From: Selaginella moellendorffii
Taxonomy: Eukaryota > Plantae > Lycopodiophyta
Assembly: GCF_000143415.4 (NCBI RefSeq)
Contig: NW_003314340.1
Span: 317,951 to 381,950 of the forward strand
Reading direction: 5' to 3'
DNA: 64,000 nt
The notes under the pieces were generated by a model. That model was not told where the DNA came from. It saw only the letters and a program-made list of their open reading frames with translations, and ran no database searches. Shown here piece after piece: positions 48,080-61,146 of this stretch; the stretch's first letter is position 1, and every line of letters begins with the position of its first letter. A program made the translations under genes and the position numbers.

Positions 48080-50193
48080 TCAAGATCCGCAGATTTGAGA
48101 GCGTATTCTCTCTTTCAGCTTCACCAGCGTTTCCCGCGCGCCGCAGCAGTGGATCATCCCGCTCACTCGCCACGCGATCTGGAGCGCCTCCAGCTTCCGG
48201 ACCGCGTCCTCGACCTCAAAATCGCACGGCAGATCCACCTCGTCAATGAGTACGGCCTCGCATTTCTCTTGAGCTCCTACGTACGGTAAAATCCATAAGA
48301 TCACGCCCAAACCGTGTTCTTGGAGCTCCTTACCTCTGATTTAGCGGCTCCATTTTTCATGAGCAATCCAAAGTAGGCCACGATTGCCTCGTTCACCTGG
48401 AAAGTTATGAATTTCCATCTAAGAACAAGGCTTAGATTTGATAGAAACACAATACCTCTTGCTGGAGAGCACTCTCAACCAGGCAAAGAAGTGTTGCTGG
48501 CCCCGTATCACGCTGTTTTTCATAGATTTCCTTGGAGATTAGCTTCCCATACTCAAGAACATTGGCCTGGAAACTAGAAAACCAAGAAAACTTTGTCAAC
48601 TTTGCGACAACCTTTGGAGTATACTTACGTGTAGTAGACCTTGAAGGAATAGCTAAAAATCAAGGTGAGGATTGCGAGGCCAAGCTTAATCCTGGATCGC
48701 CCAAATGCTTGCCAGAAACCAACCTAGTAAGTTAGTTTTTTTTATCATTGTTTTGCTCAAAAGAATTTGGGCAATCTTTGCTTACACCCGCAGCTGCAGC
48801 AGAGATTGCGAGCTGAAACCACTCGGATTTTCCCAGGCGAGGCGTAGTTTTCTCAGGCTGGAAAAGGGAAATTTGTCAATGCAAATGATTATAAAACTTG
48901 AAATGATTTCTCGTGATTTTTACCATAACTATTTCCAAGTCGGCTATTGGGATTTCTCTAAACTGTCTAATATAAATCCCGTACTTGTACTCCTGCTGTT
49001 TCAATCTAAAATATTGAAATATTACAATACTGAGAAAAATTGAAATTAAAAAGTTCTATACCTGTATAAAACCACGACCTGGCTAAATGTTAGTTCTTGT
49101 AGCTGTACTCGCTGGAACAAATTCCCTATCCTGTGGGTAAGATCCATGATCAGCTTAAAACAAAAAGAACTAATATACCCACTTAATATCCTCGACGTGG
49201 ATTCTCTGTACGGTGCGTATTCTGTCATTTCCTTCTTCAATGTCCGCTGGCCCCGATTCCATTGGCGAGCTTTTGCTTCGTTTTGATTTCCAACTGATTT
49301 AAGTTTAATGATAAGGTTAAAATGTAGAAAAATCTTACACAGTTCTCCAAAAGCTCCACCATAACACCTTAAGCTTGGGCATAAAGTAGAATCCTTTCCT
49401 CGTGTCGATCCCAACACCCCGGTGGTAGACCGAAAACTGCGATATTATTAGCATGGATTAAATGGTGGTTAATAGTGACAAAACTTACTAAGTTCTCAAA
49501 CAAGTTGCTTCCTCCAGGAGCATTTTGTAGCAGCTGGTTGTCTAGCTATGATAGTATGATAGAAGTCATTGATCAAGCTAGATAGTGTACAAACCCACAG
49601 CACTGACCTTGGATTTTTTGTAGCCGATTTTAAGCTGGAGGAGGTACTTGCTGTGCTTGGCTTCTTTCCACTCCACCTCAGTTACCTGCTGGAAATTACA
49701 TTTCTCCAAAACCTGTGCATGAGAATCGAAAAAAAAAAAAAAAACCATTGGTTTGGTCGTCAAAAGCACGATATTTCTTTTGGTTTGTGTATCGATTTTA
49801 CGCTGTGGAAGCTCCCGAGGAACTTCTTCTCTAAATCCCTCGCGCCAGGCTCCGAATCCTTGAGCTTGTTGGTTGCGTCCGTGGGATGGAAGTGTGTCTT
49901 GTGAAGTTCGTATCAATAACTCAGACCCTTGTAAACCAATTCCTGATTATAGATCTGGCAAGCTCACCACTAGATCCTTCAAAGCTTCTTCAGTCATCTT
50001 CGTGATCTCGACTTTCATCAGGGAGCACAGATCTTTGAAATCCTGCGCCTCTTCGACTCGATCTGTTTGTGGAGATCATGTCACACAAAACTATAATTAC
50101 AAATGGATTGATACCAGCAAGCTTTTGCTCCAAGGTGGTGGTGTCGATCATAATCGCGGGTCCTCGCCGGACTCGCACCAATCTGGAAGACAT
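48080..50193 (-). CDS. DUF3754 / TMEM143-like protein, copy 1 (multi-exon, apparently open)
   Basis: Spliced translation: VLEKCNFQQ..KYLL, YHRGVGID, VQLQELTFSQVVVLYR, FREIPIADLEIVMPEK, YEKQRDTGPATLL..LQQEV, CDFEVEDAVRKLE. Confidence 0.8.
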
Positions 50194-50439
50194 TATAAGA
50201 TAGTATTCGAGATTTCGAGAGAAAACACAATGTAGCAAAACTTGTACCATCCAGTACAAAGAATCGCAGCTTTTGCTATCTACAAGCAAAAATTTCAGTA
50301 GATTCCCTCAGAGCTTACGTTTTGCTGAGAATATTCCAGTGCTTTATAATTAAGCAAAGATTCGAATCGATTCTCGTTAGAAACTTGGTTTTTTGTACGG
50401 ATGTCTACGTCCATTTGAGACCAGCACGGCCCAAGTTAC

Positions 50440-51110
50440 AACGAAGAAAGCGAGTTCTCTCTTGCAAAATCGCCAGCTCTCCTGCGCGCTGCTCCGATCA
50501 TCCCGTTCGCGCGCAGATCCTCCAGCGTCCGGATCGCGTCCACCTCGCTAATGAGTACGGCCTTCCACTGTCTCTTTTGCTCCTACGTACGGTAAATCCA
50601 AAGATCACACGTGTTCTTGGAACTCCTTACCTCGGGTTTAGAGGCTACATTTGCTTGAGCAATCCAATCAATCGCATAATTTCCTCAGTCCTGACAAGGC
50701 TCCACTGCCTGGAGAACCCTTTCGTGATATTCCGTGTGCGGCACATTGAAGGGATTCCCAGATCTACCTTTCTTTTCCATTTGCCAACCTCGCTCTTGTT
50801 GCTGCTCTCCCTTTTCTTGCGCTTGCAGCTGCCTTGCTGAATTCTGCTAGGCCGCTCTTGCCTTCGCGTTCTTGCCCCTCCCTTTGCTGCGCGTTTTAGA
50901 CCTAGCATTGGCCTGGAAACTAGGAAACCAACAACAAGTATGCTTGCATGTAGTAAACCTTGAAGCCATAGCTAAGAAACACTGCAAAGAATTGAGAGGC
51001 CAGGCTTGACACTGGACCGACCAAATGCTTCTTAGCTAGAGACAAATACTAGAAGTTTTATTCTTTGTTGCTTCAAAATAAATTTGGGCAGTCGTTGCTT
51101 AGGCCCATTT
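50440..51110 (-). pseudogene. Partial DUF3754 3' fragments
   Basis: Deleted copies of the last exons (ctcctacgtacggtaaatcc; ggcctggaaactag..aaacc; ccaaatgctt) shared with both full copies. Confidence 0.7.
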
Positions 51111-53899
51111 GCGCACTCTCCATTGAGAGCTCCAATTCGAACAGATGCCATTTGCAAACTTGGAACACACTCTGCGGGTGAGAGAAGAGATATGGAGATC
51201 GGAGCACTGAAGCCGGCCTCTCTCCCGTGATCCTGCCTCTGGCCGATGGTTGGCCCACCAAACCAGGTCATGGTCAGCTGGCCGGTATTAGAAAATTCAC
51301 AAATAAACTATACACAATGATTTTATTAATAATTATATAGTTAATTAATGTAGTTTTAATGTTAACTATAAATGATTAGCAAGGGTAAATTTAGTGTTAA
51401 AAATTGATGCCATACTAATCATTATGCTCTATAATGTTTAATTTGCATTTGTTCTTCTTTTCCCACTGAATAACAAAAGAAAAACTCTTGGTGAGATTTT
51501 ATTTTTTTCACAACAAGGAAGCATGTTACCTATTCCCAATTGAAGCAATTATCTCAAGCAATGCCACATCAATGCCTTCTTCCCTCGAAAGATGCAATCC
51601 AACAAAAAAAGAAATAATCAAACTATGCTTACTCTTTCTTGGAGTGGATGGGATAGATGCTGTCTGGATTTAGGGACTTCCAACACTGCCACTGGCAATA
51701 TTGGGATCTCCTCCTCCTCTGCTGACCTATGGCAAGACATAGCTTCCCACCCCTTCCTCTTCATTCAATTCGGGGCACTAGGACATGGCTACTTGCTGAT
51801 TACCCAGATAAGCACTAGGGTTTGCCGGTGTGCCCGTCACCAAGGCCTGCCACTGCGTGGATTGTTTCACTTTCTCGCCACTGCTGGGATATGACACATA
51901 CAGATTGCTGCCACAACATGATTGAGCTTGATTGCAGCTGGGAGGCTGCTGCTGCTGCTGAGTCACCATAACTTCTTTCTTCCTCTCGCATCTCTTCTCG
52001 CATAAAAAGCACCACTTCAAATGAAATCGATCAATTGCAATGCCAAGGGCAAAACTATCCAAGTTTGTCAATCTCTCCTCCTTTGGGTCAAATCTCTAAC
52101 AAAATTTCCTCTTTGCAGGAGAGGAAAGAAGCGTTGCAACAGAGACTAGGTGAATCGCTGTGTTGGGACTTGAGCATTATGTTTGGGAAGTGGCTGTTTG
52201 ATCCGGCTGAGCTAGAGAACCCTTTCATCCACATCAGGCAAGGTGAAAAGGATTTCATACACATGCATAAATTAGAGCTGCTGGATAGAGATATCCTGAA
52301 TTAAGCAGCTGATTAACACAAAGTTAATCACAGCTGCCCTACAGGCTAGTTAACATGTTATATGTGACATGTGCACAACATCACCCCAAATAGTTCGGTT
52401 CGCCACTTATTCACTAAGTTAAGATGTGGTTAAAGAAATAATCCTTTTGACAGTTACCCCATCGGATGGCTACCATTGGCTGGATCCGGTGGCCCAGAAA
52501 GTTCAGCAACTCAAACGTTATGTTTAACTAATTACACTATATTTTGTAGAAAAAATTATATTTATAAATACATATATTATATATGTAATTATTCTATAAT
52601 ATTTCTTAATCTAGCAGCTGTGATTTTATGCTCTTAAACTTTCTCTAATTTGACTATAATAAAGCTTTAAGTTTTTAGGATCAAAGAACTTTAATTTAAA
52701 GTTTCACTTTAAATTTTTATATATAAAGAAAATTTAATAGCTTGCTATTGATTTTATAAAAATTATAAAAGAAGATTTTAAACTTATAACAAAGAAGTGT
52801 ATCTCGAACAAATGTGGATGTAGAACAAACACTAAGTAGCTTAAAAGTGACTTTAGAAAAATCATACTGTAACCCACTAATGTTTCATTTCACAGCTATG
52901 ACTTCTTTCATTGTCAACTCTGCCAAGTTAGTTTCCAAAGCCTTGCCCTTCTCTATTGCCTTCTTGACAACCAACACCTTATGCACTTTTATGTATGCTG
53001 ACATGATTTGTTATACAGGATAGCCAAAATAACAATCCCAGTAGTTGAATCTAACTCCTGCCACTCAGTGCCTTGGGTACTTTGGTGCTTGATATCAACC
53101 CGAGGTGTGTGGCTGCCCAGAAGTGAAATAATTTTGAAAATTTTATAAATTTTTTGGTAAAATTCCTCTCAATAAAGTATATTTTATAAAACTTCCCATT
53201 GAAGTCTACATCTAGAAATTGCAAACCAAGGTGAAAACTATTTACATCTTCAAAATATAACATCAGTACCCCACTAGAATATACTGCACGAGGATCGTCA
53301 TTGCAGTGGATTTTCAAAACTTATAATGTACTAGTTTTTAATATATAAATGACCTCCCTTGTATAAATGCTATGGTGTGCAATTTATAAAAGAGTGAGTG
53401 TTACTATAGTAGATTTCACTCACAATATAGTGTCCATGTGGCAGTATTCTATTGGTTCGGCATTAAATATCATTTGGATGCCTCATGGATACCCCATGAA
53501 TGCTGGCAAGTTTGACCCCATGACATAGGGATTCATTAGGTCAAAGGGTTTAGGAGACACTTCCTTGCTTTAGCGCTTTGCTTTAGTACTCTGTTATTCG
53601 GCATGTTTCTTGGTAACAAATGTGGAAAGTAACTTGGTTTGCTAGTGATTGGTTTCAAATGTTTTTATGGGCAGTGTTAGAAGTGGCTTTGATTTACTAC
53701 TCAATTGCTCTCTATGGACTTTCAAGTTCCTACAATAAGTATAATTCCCTCCCTAATTTATTTCAAATTTGTGTCACTGAAACTTTTTCTTCTAGGTTTA
53801 GATGAGGTGGATGGCCTTCCATCCAATTTTAGTGATTTGGATTGTGGTTCTGGTGTGGATAGTGACAATGATGCTCTCCTAGAGGTTTGCTTAGTTTCT

Positions 53900-55150
53900 A
53901 ACCTCCTAGATTCATGATTTACACGTTTTTAGGCTTCTATAATTTTTTGCGATTGAGGGGATTCGGTAGTCCAGCCGCATTTGGCACTTGGATGCACCTG
54001 AAGATCCTCGAGACTAAGACTATTCCTTACCTTGCATGGTATCTTAGAATTTTTAAGCCAACACTGTATAAATACATGCAACTTGTCGATCCAAATTGGA
54101 GAAGTGTATATTACAAAGTACCACTTGAAGAGGTACTTCATCACGTTTGAACTAACAATGCCACGAATCGAAGTAGCACAAACTAGGGAATTATTAATTC
54201 CCAATTTAGCTATTGAATTGGAAGATACTAGTTTAGCCGATGCCAAATTTGTGAGGCCTTAGCCACTCACAATCCAACTAGGTTAGAACAGAGGCACATG
54301 ACAAGGATTTAATGACGGATTTACATGAATGAGGAGGCTTATACACTTTGCTATATAGATTGTGAGTATTCTTTCATTTTTGCTTTTTTGTCAGCACATG
54401 TGATAACATGTTTATTGTAGCATGTTGCAAGCTTGTAAGCTATACATGCCATTATTTGCAGGGCAACTCATTATATTGTAACTTGCGAGCTAGCTACCTC
54501 CAAAGAATCCTATGCAATATTCAACACATATGCACAAGCTATTTGTTGATTTAGAAAGCCTAAGCGCATCCGGAGCGACAATGCTCCAAAGCACAATGAG
54601 GTTGAGAGGGACATGGTCTGCTGTTGGGGTCCTGCAACTAGGAGCTTCATACATAGGACATTAACACATAACCAAATACTCATAGCGTTAGAGTTTTTCC
54701 AAATAAGGACTAAATCAAATTTGTTTTGCATCGCATAGAGCATTTGTGGAGAGAGCTCTTTGAGTGTGTAGTGTGGTTTTATAAGCACCTTTTTGAGTCC
54801 ATGGAAGATATAAGAATTCTCAATGTATCTAATCCATGGCACAACCAGAGTCTACGTTGTGTCTTTGCTCTATACCTCAAGAAGGATATTTCATACTGGG
54901 TTGCAACCTGGAACCTCCATGAGGTCCGTCCGTATCAATGTGGTGATTACTTCAGACCATCTCATGTTCCTGCAAACTTATTTCAACCGATGGAATAAGA
55001 GCTTAGGTAAAAATTTTGATAATGTTACAGCATTCTTTATAAATTGTGCTTTTGTAGGATTATGCTAGCTATTGATAGAAAAGATATTGAAAACCTTTTT
55101 GGACCATTTCTCTTTAATGTTGAAGGTGCAACTCTGTCAAAGGTAATTTT
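53900..55150 (+). pseudogene. IS3EU-type (integrase-core) transposase relic
   Basis: KPKRIRSDN, RSFIHRTLTHNQ, RIEHLWRELFECV..FESMEDIRILN..CVFALYL..WN.H match the PSRVRSD..SVHNQRIERLWRD..WNNH pattern. Short introns and stops. Confidence 0.75.
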
Positions 55151-58100
55151 TAGAGCAAGAATAGAACAATTTCTTTAAATCTATTTCATTGTGCTTAGTT
55201 ATCTTACAGACTCTTGGCACTATTTGAAACTAGGCATTTTTTATGGATTGGGAGGGACTCAACTTGGACAAGCAATATCTACTTCATTTGGATCTAACAA
55301 TGGAGTGTGTAATGGCTTAAGTTGCAGGTGTAGATTTACCACTTTATATCGAGAGTGCCTTGCTTATAGCAACATCAGTGAAGTGATGAACTTTGGAAAA
55401 GTTATACTTGGCCATACTTGGAGAAAATTGAGTGTTCTTTAGTGTACATTTCAAATTTAAATTCAATTCTTGATTTTAGGGTTTCCACATTCGGGACTAA
55501 GGTTTACACCAAGTCCCACCTATATTAATTGTGCCTTGGATACGGGGTGATTTCATTTTATGACATGATTTTTTGTTGATGGTTCGTTCATTCTTCCAAT
55601 CGATTTATGTCATCTAACCGTAGGCAAAGCTTCTAGTGCACACTCCCCCAATTGCAGAACTACCACCCAAGCAAGAGTGCCATAGCTGCGATGGTGGGTA
55701 GCCTCTCCTCGATCATGTTTGCATAATTAATCCCTTGTGGTTTCTAAGCTCAAAGCAAGAATGTTGCACACCTCAACAGCAGTAGACACTATGCGGGAAA
55801 CACCTCATAAGCACGCAACCAAGCACTCGATGTTCCACAATCAGTACAGCCAACAGTCCCACAAGACACACACCAGCCACTTGATTTTCCAAGCTCTTCA
55901 ACAAGGACATCAACTCCAATAGCATCCCATCCACAACTCCTGATTGTTCCAATGATGGTAAGGCCCATGCCGAGTTTGCAAAATTTTGCCTCAACTCTAT
56001 CCAACCTTGCTACTAACCTCCTTAAACATTATGGGGAGCTATAGCAAACAAGGCTAATGGCAACTGGGCAATAGTAATATACTTATACAATGTTATAGAG
56101 CATCTTACTGACAAACATTGGCTAAGTTATCAAAAGTAAGCTCGAGCACTTGAGGAGAAGGATGTTTATAAACGTAAGTATTATTTTTAAGTTCCCTCCT
56201 CACAAATATATGTTGTGGTCTTTGCAATTGTAGCTACTACGAATACCTTGACTGCAAATAATGATCCCTTGGTGATAGAGCTATTTCTCTCGAGGCCAAC
56301 CATACAGGAAACTAAACCAAAACAAGAATAATGAAGAAGAAGACTTTGTGGATGAAAAGGACATTCTTCCATTACCGAAAGAAACATTCCCCACACAAGA
56401 CAACATGGACATCACCAAAGTCGAAGAACAAGGTGATGGTGGGGATAAACCACACCAAGGATCTCCGGAGACATCCTTGTCACTAGAGATAAATGGCTCA
56501 AGGCCATGTGGCTAGTAATAAGCATTAACATAAATGAATATTTCTTTCATTTTTTAATTTCTGAGTGTAGATAGGCCAATGGTAGTGTATGACAGTGACA
56601 ACAGAAGCCTTGAAGACCATGGTGTGCTTCCACCCCCTTTTCCAGAGGGAAGGGGCTTCACTCCATTTACTTTTATGGAGTTGCTTGACAACTTTTTTAT
56701 AGTAAAGTAAGATAATTGAAAATTGAGCTATTTGAAATTGAACTAACGTTTGCATATAGATTGTTGAAGCGTCAACAACAATACATTGATGCCACCAATG
56801 CATTTAATAAAGCTATTTAGTTAACCACTCAGGATAATGTCAACTTTATTATGCTGCAGCATGAAGAGGTTTTTGCCTTACAAGATGCCATCACAGCCTT
56901 TGAGGTGAGGGACAAGGGGATGCTGAAGTTCTCTCACAAGTGTAGTGGCTAAAACACAAACTTCTTGATTGCTTTGGTGTTGAGAGCATAAGTGATGAGA
57001 AGATGCTAAATGTTGTTGTTAAACACCCTAAGTTCTATTGGGCTGGTGGTGAAATATTTCTTTGGCACGTGCTTTTTAGCCAAGCCATGCCTCATTGGCA
57101 GGATTGGGAGAGTGTTCTCCTTTAGCTTTGCCTTTCAAAAACACAGTACGAGAGTGTGTTTTGTAACAACACAATCCAATAGCTCTTTGTTGAAGGAAGT
57201 ATCAATATGCCTCTTTCAATTGTTGAGTCCACAATAGCATGGTTCATTAAGAAGTGGTACATATATGTATTTCTTAACATTTAGTACCATTTTATTGTTT
57301 TGTGCAGGGACCTATGTCGGAATTGGGTGGCTACAGAACAATTGAGAGAATTATTTGACACTATTGAAACACTGTATTGTAAGTTCTCCCATTTTTGCAT
57401 CAAGAGGGCCATGCTTCAGCCATGCTTATACACATTTGAGGCCATCTCACATTCTAGTAAGCAATGGATTGCCTATGAATTGGAGTTCCCTCACTTGTCC
57501 TTCCAAATTGCACCAAACAATGAATTCAGTTGTTTCCAATTCACCTTCAATACTAACCTACACACATTGAATTACAAAGTGGTCTATGTGTCTGAGATTG
57601 GAGGAGCTTTGGTGTGGGAGGAAGCCACAATAGATGTAGATGGGCCACATGCAAAAGCCATTAAGGAAGCTATTTGCCAAATTCCAAGATTAGTAAGTCT
57701 AATTTTCACTTGGCTTACTACAAACGCATGGATTATTTGTGCTTAGGGAATGAACTACGTATTGGCATCCCAAGATGCTAGTGCATTCTAGGATGTTGCA
57801 ACAAGAAAAGTGGGATGTGGTAAGTTAAGTTTTAAGCACAAGTTTTATATGCTCCTCATTTCTATATGCACAGGCTGTTTTTGTGGGCTGGTTGCTATTC
57901 CAAGCATTTAAATGTAATACATAGATATCTCACGAGTGTACAATTGCAACATTGGCAATTGCAGCTAGAGAGGTTCTAGATGAGAATGACTGATGACTTG
58001 CCTAAGGAGGACTATATGAGATGGACCTCAAGGCATGCGTGCTGCATATCTAGAATGCACTCAACCAATTGCAAGGTGCATCAAACCTAAAGAAGTCATT

Positions 58101-59198
58101 AACTACCTGATCTTTGATCAGGACTTTGGAGAGAACTTCCGTAGCTAGATTGTGGACATCATTCAAGGTAATTATTTACTTTCACAAAAAATTAAAACTC
58201 TTGTATGTTTGAACATTTTATAGATGTGAGCCTGAAAGAGTTATCCAAGTTCCACCACTTTGTAGTTGATTCTCCAGAGTTCTGACTGAGAGAGCCTATT
58301 TGGATCCAAGTTGAGAGACAAGGTACATCATCTACTCGATTTCCTAGGCTCTCCACATGCACACGAGAAGTTTTCTTCCTTTTAACATACCCATCAATGG
58401 AATGGACCAAACACAAGATCCACCAGACACTCCAAAATCCAAAGGGCTTATATGGATTGGGCTAATGTTGTGGAAGTACCATATCCACAATAAAATAGAT
58501 AATTGTCTTGAAATATGTTTCACACTTTGAAAGAGACTCTTTCCAGTTCATTGGTGAAATTAAAGGTAAGAATATTCAAAATATTCCATAAATGCACTTG
58601 CAACCCTTAGTACCCTTTTGGCTTATACTTGCCTCACCAAGGGTAACTTCCAAAACAACTCCCAATTTAGGATTTGGGTCAAAACTATCAAGCTTGGGTG
58701 CTATATGATGCCTATCCTCAGTTAAGGAACTCTTAACTTATTTTATAATAGAACCAAAATCACCCTTTGAGTTTGTGAACTCGTCCTTGCTTGCATCTTA
58801 AGCAATAACATATCTCTCATTGTTGATTTCTTCAATAGGACCTTTCCCCTCGGTGATTGGCACAACATTAGAAGTAGTTTTGGGCTGCCTTGTCAGAAGG
58901 ATTGTCGAGCCTTGAGAAGAGGAGGCATCATATAGAATCCTTAGTCCTATCCCCTGTTGGATCCATTGTTGTGCCTCAAAGAAGTTAGAATCCTCTTCAA
59001 TTTGCCATGCTAGGAGGAAACCTAGAAACCTCAAACATTGCAAAAGGGTTGGAGCATATAGGAAACTGTCACAAATTTACTCTTATCAAAGTGAGCATGA
59101 GCTTCCAATCCCTGAAAACTCTAGTTTTTCAGCCGTAGCACAACATACATTGGATAGTTTTGCCCCATGCTTGAAAACCCTTTTTACAAATTTTAAAA

Positions 59199-59460
59199 TT
59201 TGAAACGGTTATAATTGGAAAATGTTGAAAGTGTCAATTATTATTGCTCTTCTCACCTGAATGTTACTGCATGTAATTGCAACTTCCATATTCTCAAATC
59301 TCTTTTAACAAGCTCCTCTTGAGAAAACTCTAGGTTCAATTTGAAACAATTATAATTGGAAAATGTTGAAAGTGTCTATTGTTATCCTGAATGTTACTAC
59401 ATACAATTGTAACTTCCACATTCTCAAATCTCCTTCAGCATGCTCCTCTTGAGAAAACTC
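59199..59460. repeat. 2 x ~140-bp tandem duplication inside the IS3EU-like element
   Basis: tttgaaac..ttataattggaaaatgttgaaagtgtc...ctcctcttgagaaaactc occurs twice. Confidence 0.85.
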
Positions 59461-60439
59461 CAAGTCCAAACATCAACACTATGCACCTTTGTGTAGTATA
59501 TAATTGAAGTATGAGCCCCACCAATTCATCAAATTAGTTAGACTTCAACTTACTTTTGAATCATATGCAAATTTTCTAAGCATCATGGTACAAAACTAAA
59601 GTGTTAAGAGAGCTACACTAGAAATTAATGGCAACGAAAGATAAACTCAATGGGATGCATTAGAGATATGACTCCAGACAATATATATCTATGGCTTTGC
59701 AATGGAGCTTGATAGAGTTCACTTACACTTGCTATAAACACTATGTTAAAAGAGGTGTGCCAAAAAAGGATAATTCAATTCTTTTGCCATGAGCGCCAAG
59801 AGCAAGATGTGAGAACATAACGCTCTAGATAAGGTAATATAGTATGCAATTTGGTCGATTGTCCATTTGGTTTGCAACATTAACAACTTATACATGGGAT
59901 GAATGGATCTATGGGCCAAAAAACACAGATATAGAATATTTTACGAATATCCAATCCTTATGCGGGGCATCATGCCCATAGCAATGACCTATGCTATGTA
60001 CTCATAATACACGTGGACCAATAGCAAGCATACATGTGGTGTGAGTGAAATCCACCATTGTAAAATCCACCCTTTAACAAATTGCACACCATAAACGCAC
60101 CCCTCTCTAATCAAACTGCATCAATGGCATCCCTATGAGCTTTTGCTGCTCTCTCCGTGCTCCTTGTTGAAATGGTGGCAGTGTCATGGTGGAAGCTCAG
60201 GGGTCGTGTGCAAACAGGCCCTGTTGTGGTGGCAGAGGTGTCTGCAACTCCGGCCTGCGCTGCAACCAGTTTGGCTTCTGTGCAGTGTCAAACGATTACT
60301 GTAGCGTGGGCTGCCGGTACAGTAGCTGCTTCTGAATTGCAGTGCAACTGTAAAAGGACACCCCTTGCAACATGAAAGTTGCAAATAATAGCTCTCTTCT
60401 ATAATTCATGTAGCGTGACCAAAAGTTTGTTTTCCAGGT

Positions 60440-61090
60440 TGTCATGAAGTAGAATCCTTTCCTCGTGTTACTGTCATATTAGCACAGATTAAGTGTTAAG
60501 TGGTGATTCTAATTAAGTTTTCAACAAGTTGCTTCCTCCAGGAGATCGACTGGCCTTGGATTTGTTATAGCTGATTTTAAGCCGGAGGAGATTGAGGAAG
60601 CGGACTGGAAGGATGCATGGAAGCGTGTCTTATGAAGTTCCTATCAATAACCCTTGTGATCCATTATAATTGATCACACCACTTAGATCCTTCAAAATTT
60701 CTTCATATCTTGTACTAGAGCACACTTTTATGAAATCTTGCGCCTCGAGTCAATCTGCTCGTAGAAAGTGTACAAACTCACAAGATCGAAAGCTACTACC
60801 TTGGATTTGTTGTAGCCGATATTAAGGAGATACTTGCTGTGCTTGGCCTCACTCCACTCCTCCTTGGCTAGCTGCTGGAAATTGCATCTCTCCAAAACCT
60901 GTGAGCGAGAATCTCAATCAATCATATAACAAACTCACCACTAGATCCTTCAAAGTTTCTTCATTTGTATTGTTCATCACCAAGCACACCTCTATGCAAT
61001 CTCGCCGCTCCTAGACTCGATCTGTTTGGGGAGATCATGTCACATGAAACTGCAACCGATTGCGGATGGTATTCGAGAATTCGAGAGAGA
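60440..61090 (-). pseudogene. Scrambled DUF3754 5' exon fragments
   Basis: Two partial deleted copies of the early exons (ccttggatttgtt.tagc.gat; agatccttcaaa; gctgctggaaattgcatctctccaaaacctgt). Confidence 0.7.
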
Positions 61091-61146
61091 TTCCTGTCAC
61101 GTTTAGCAAGAGTTATTTACGTACAATCTAAGAACTGACAAAGGAC

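Larger units (their letters stand above)
53371..60093 (+). mobile_element. Full-length decayed IS3EU-like DNA transposon (~6.7 kb)
   Basis: ~55-bp imperfect TIRs starting TATGGTGTGCAATTT and ending AAATTGCACACCATA. Flanks aaatgc / (a)aacgc. Internal transposase relic. Confidence 0.8.

Noticed and set aside
51290-53370. Possible decayed MULE or other TE surrounding the IS3EU insertion (continuing at 60094-60400)
   Set aside because: Only weak fragments are visible; a matching second terminus and catalytic motifs could not be established.
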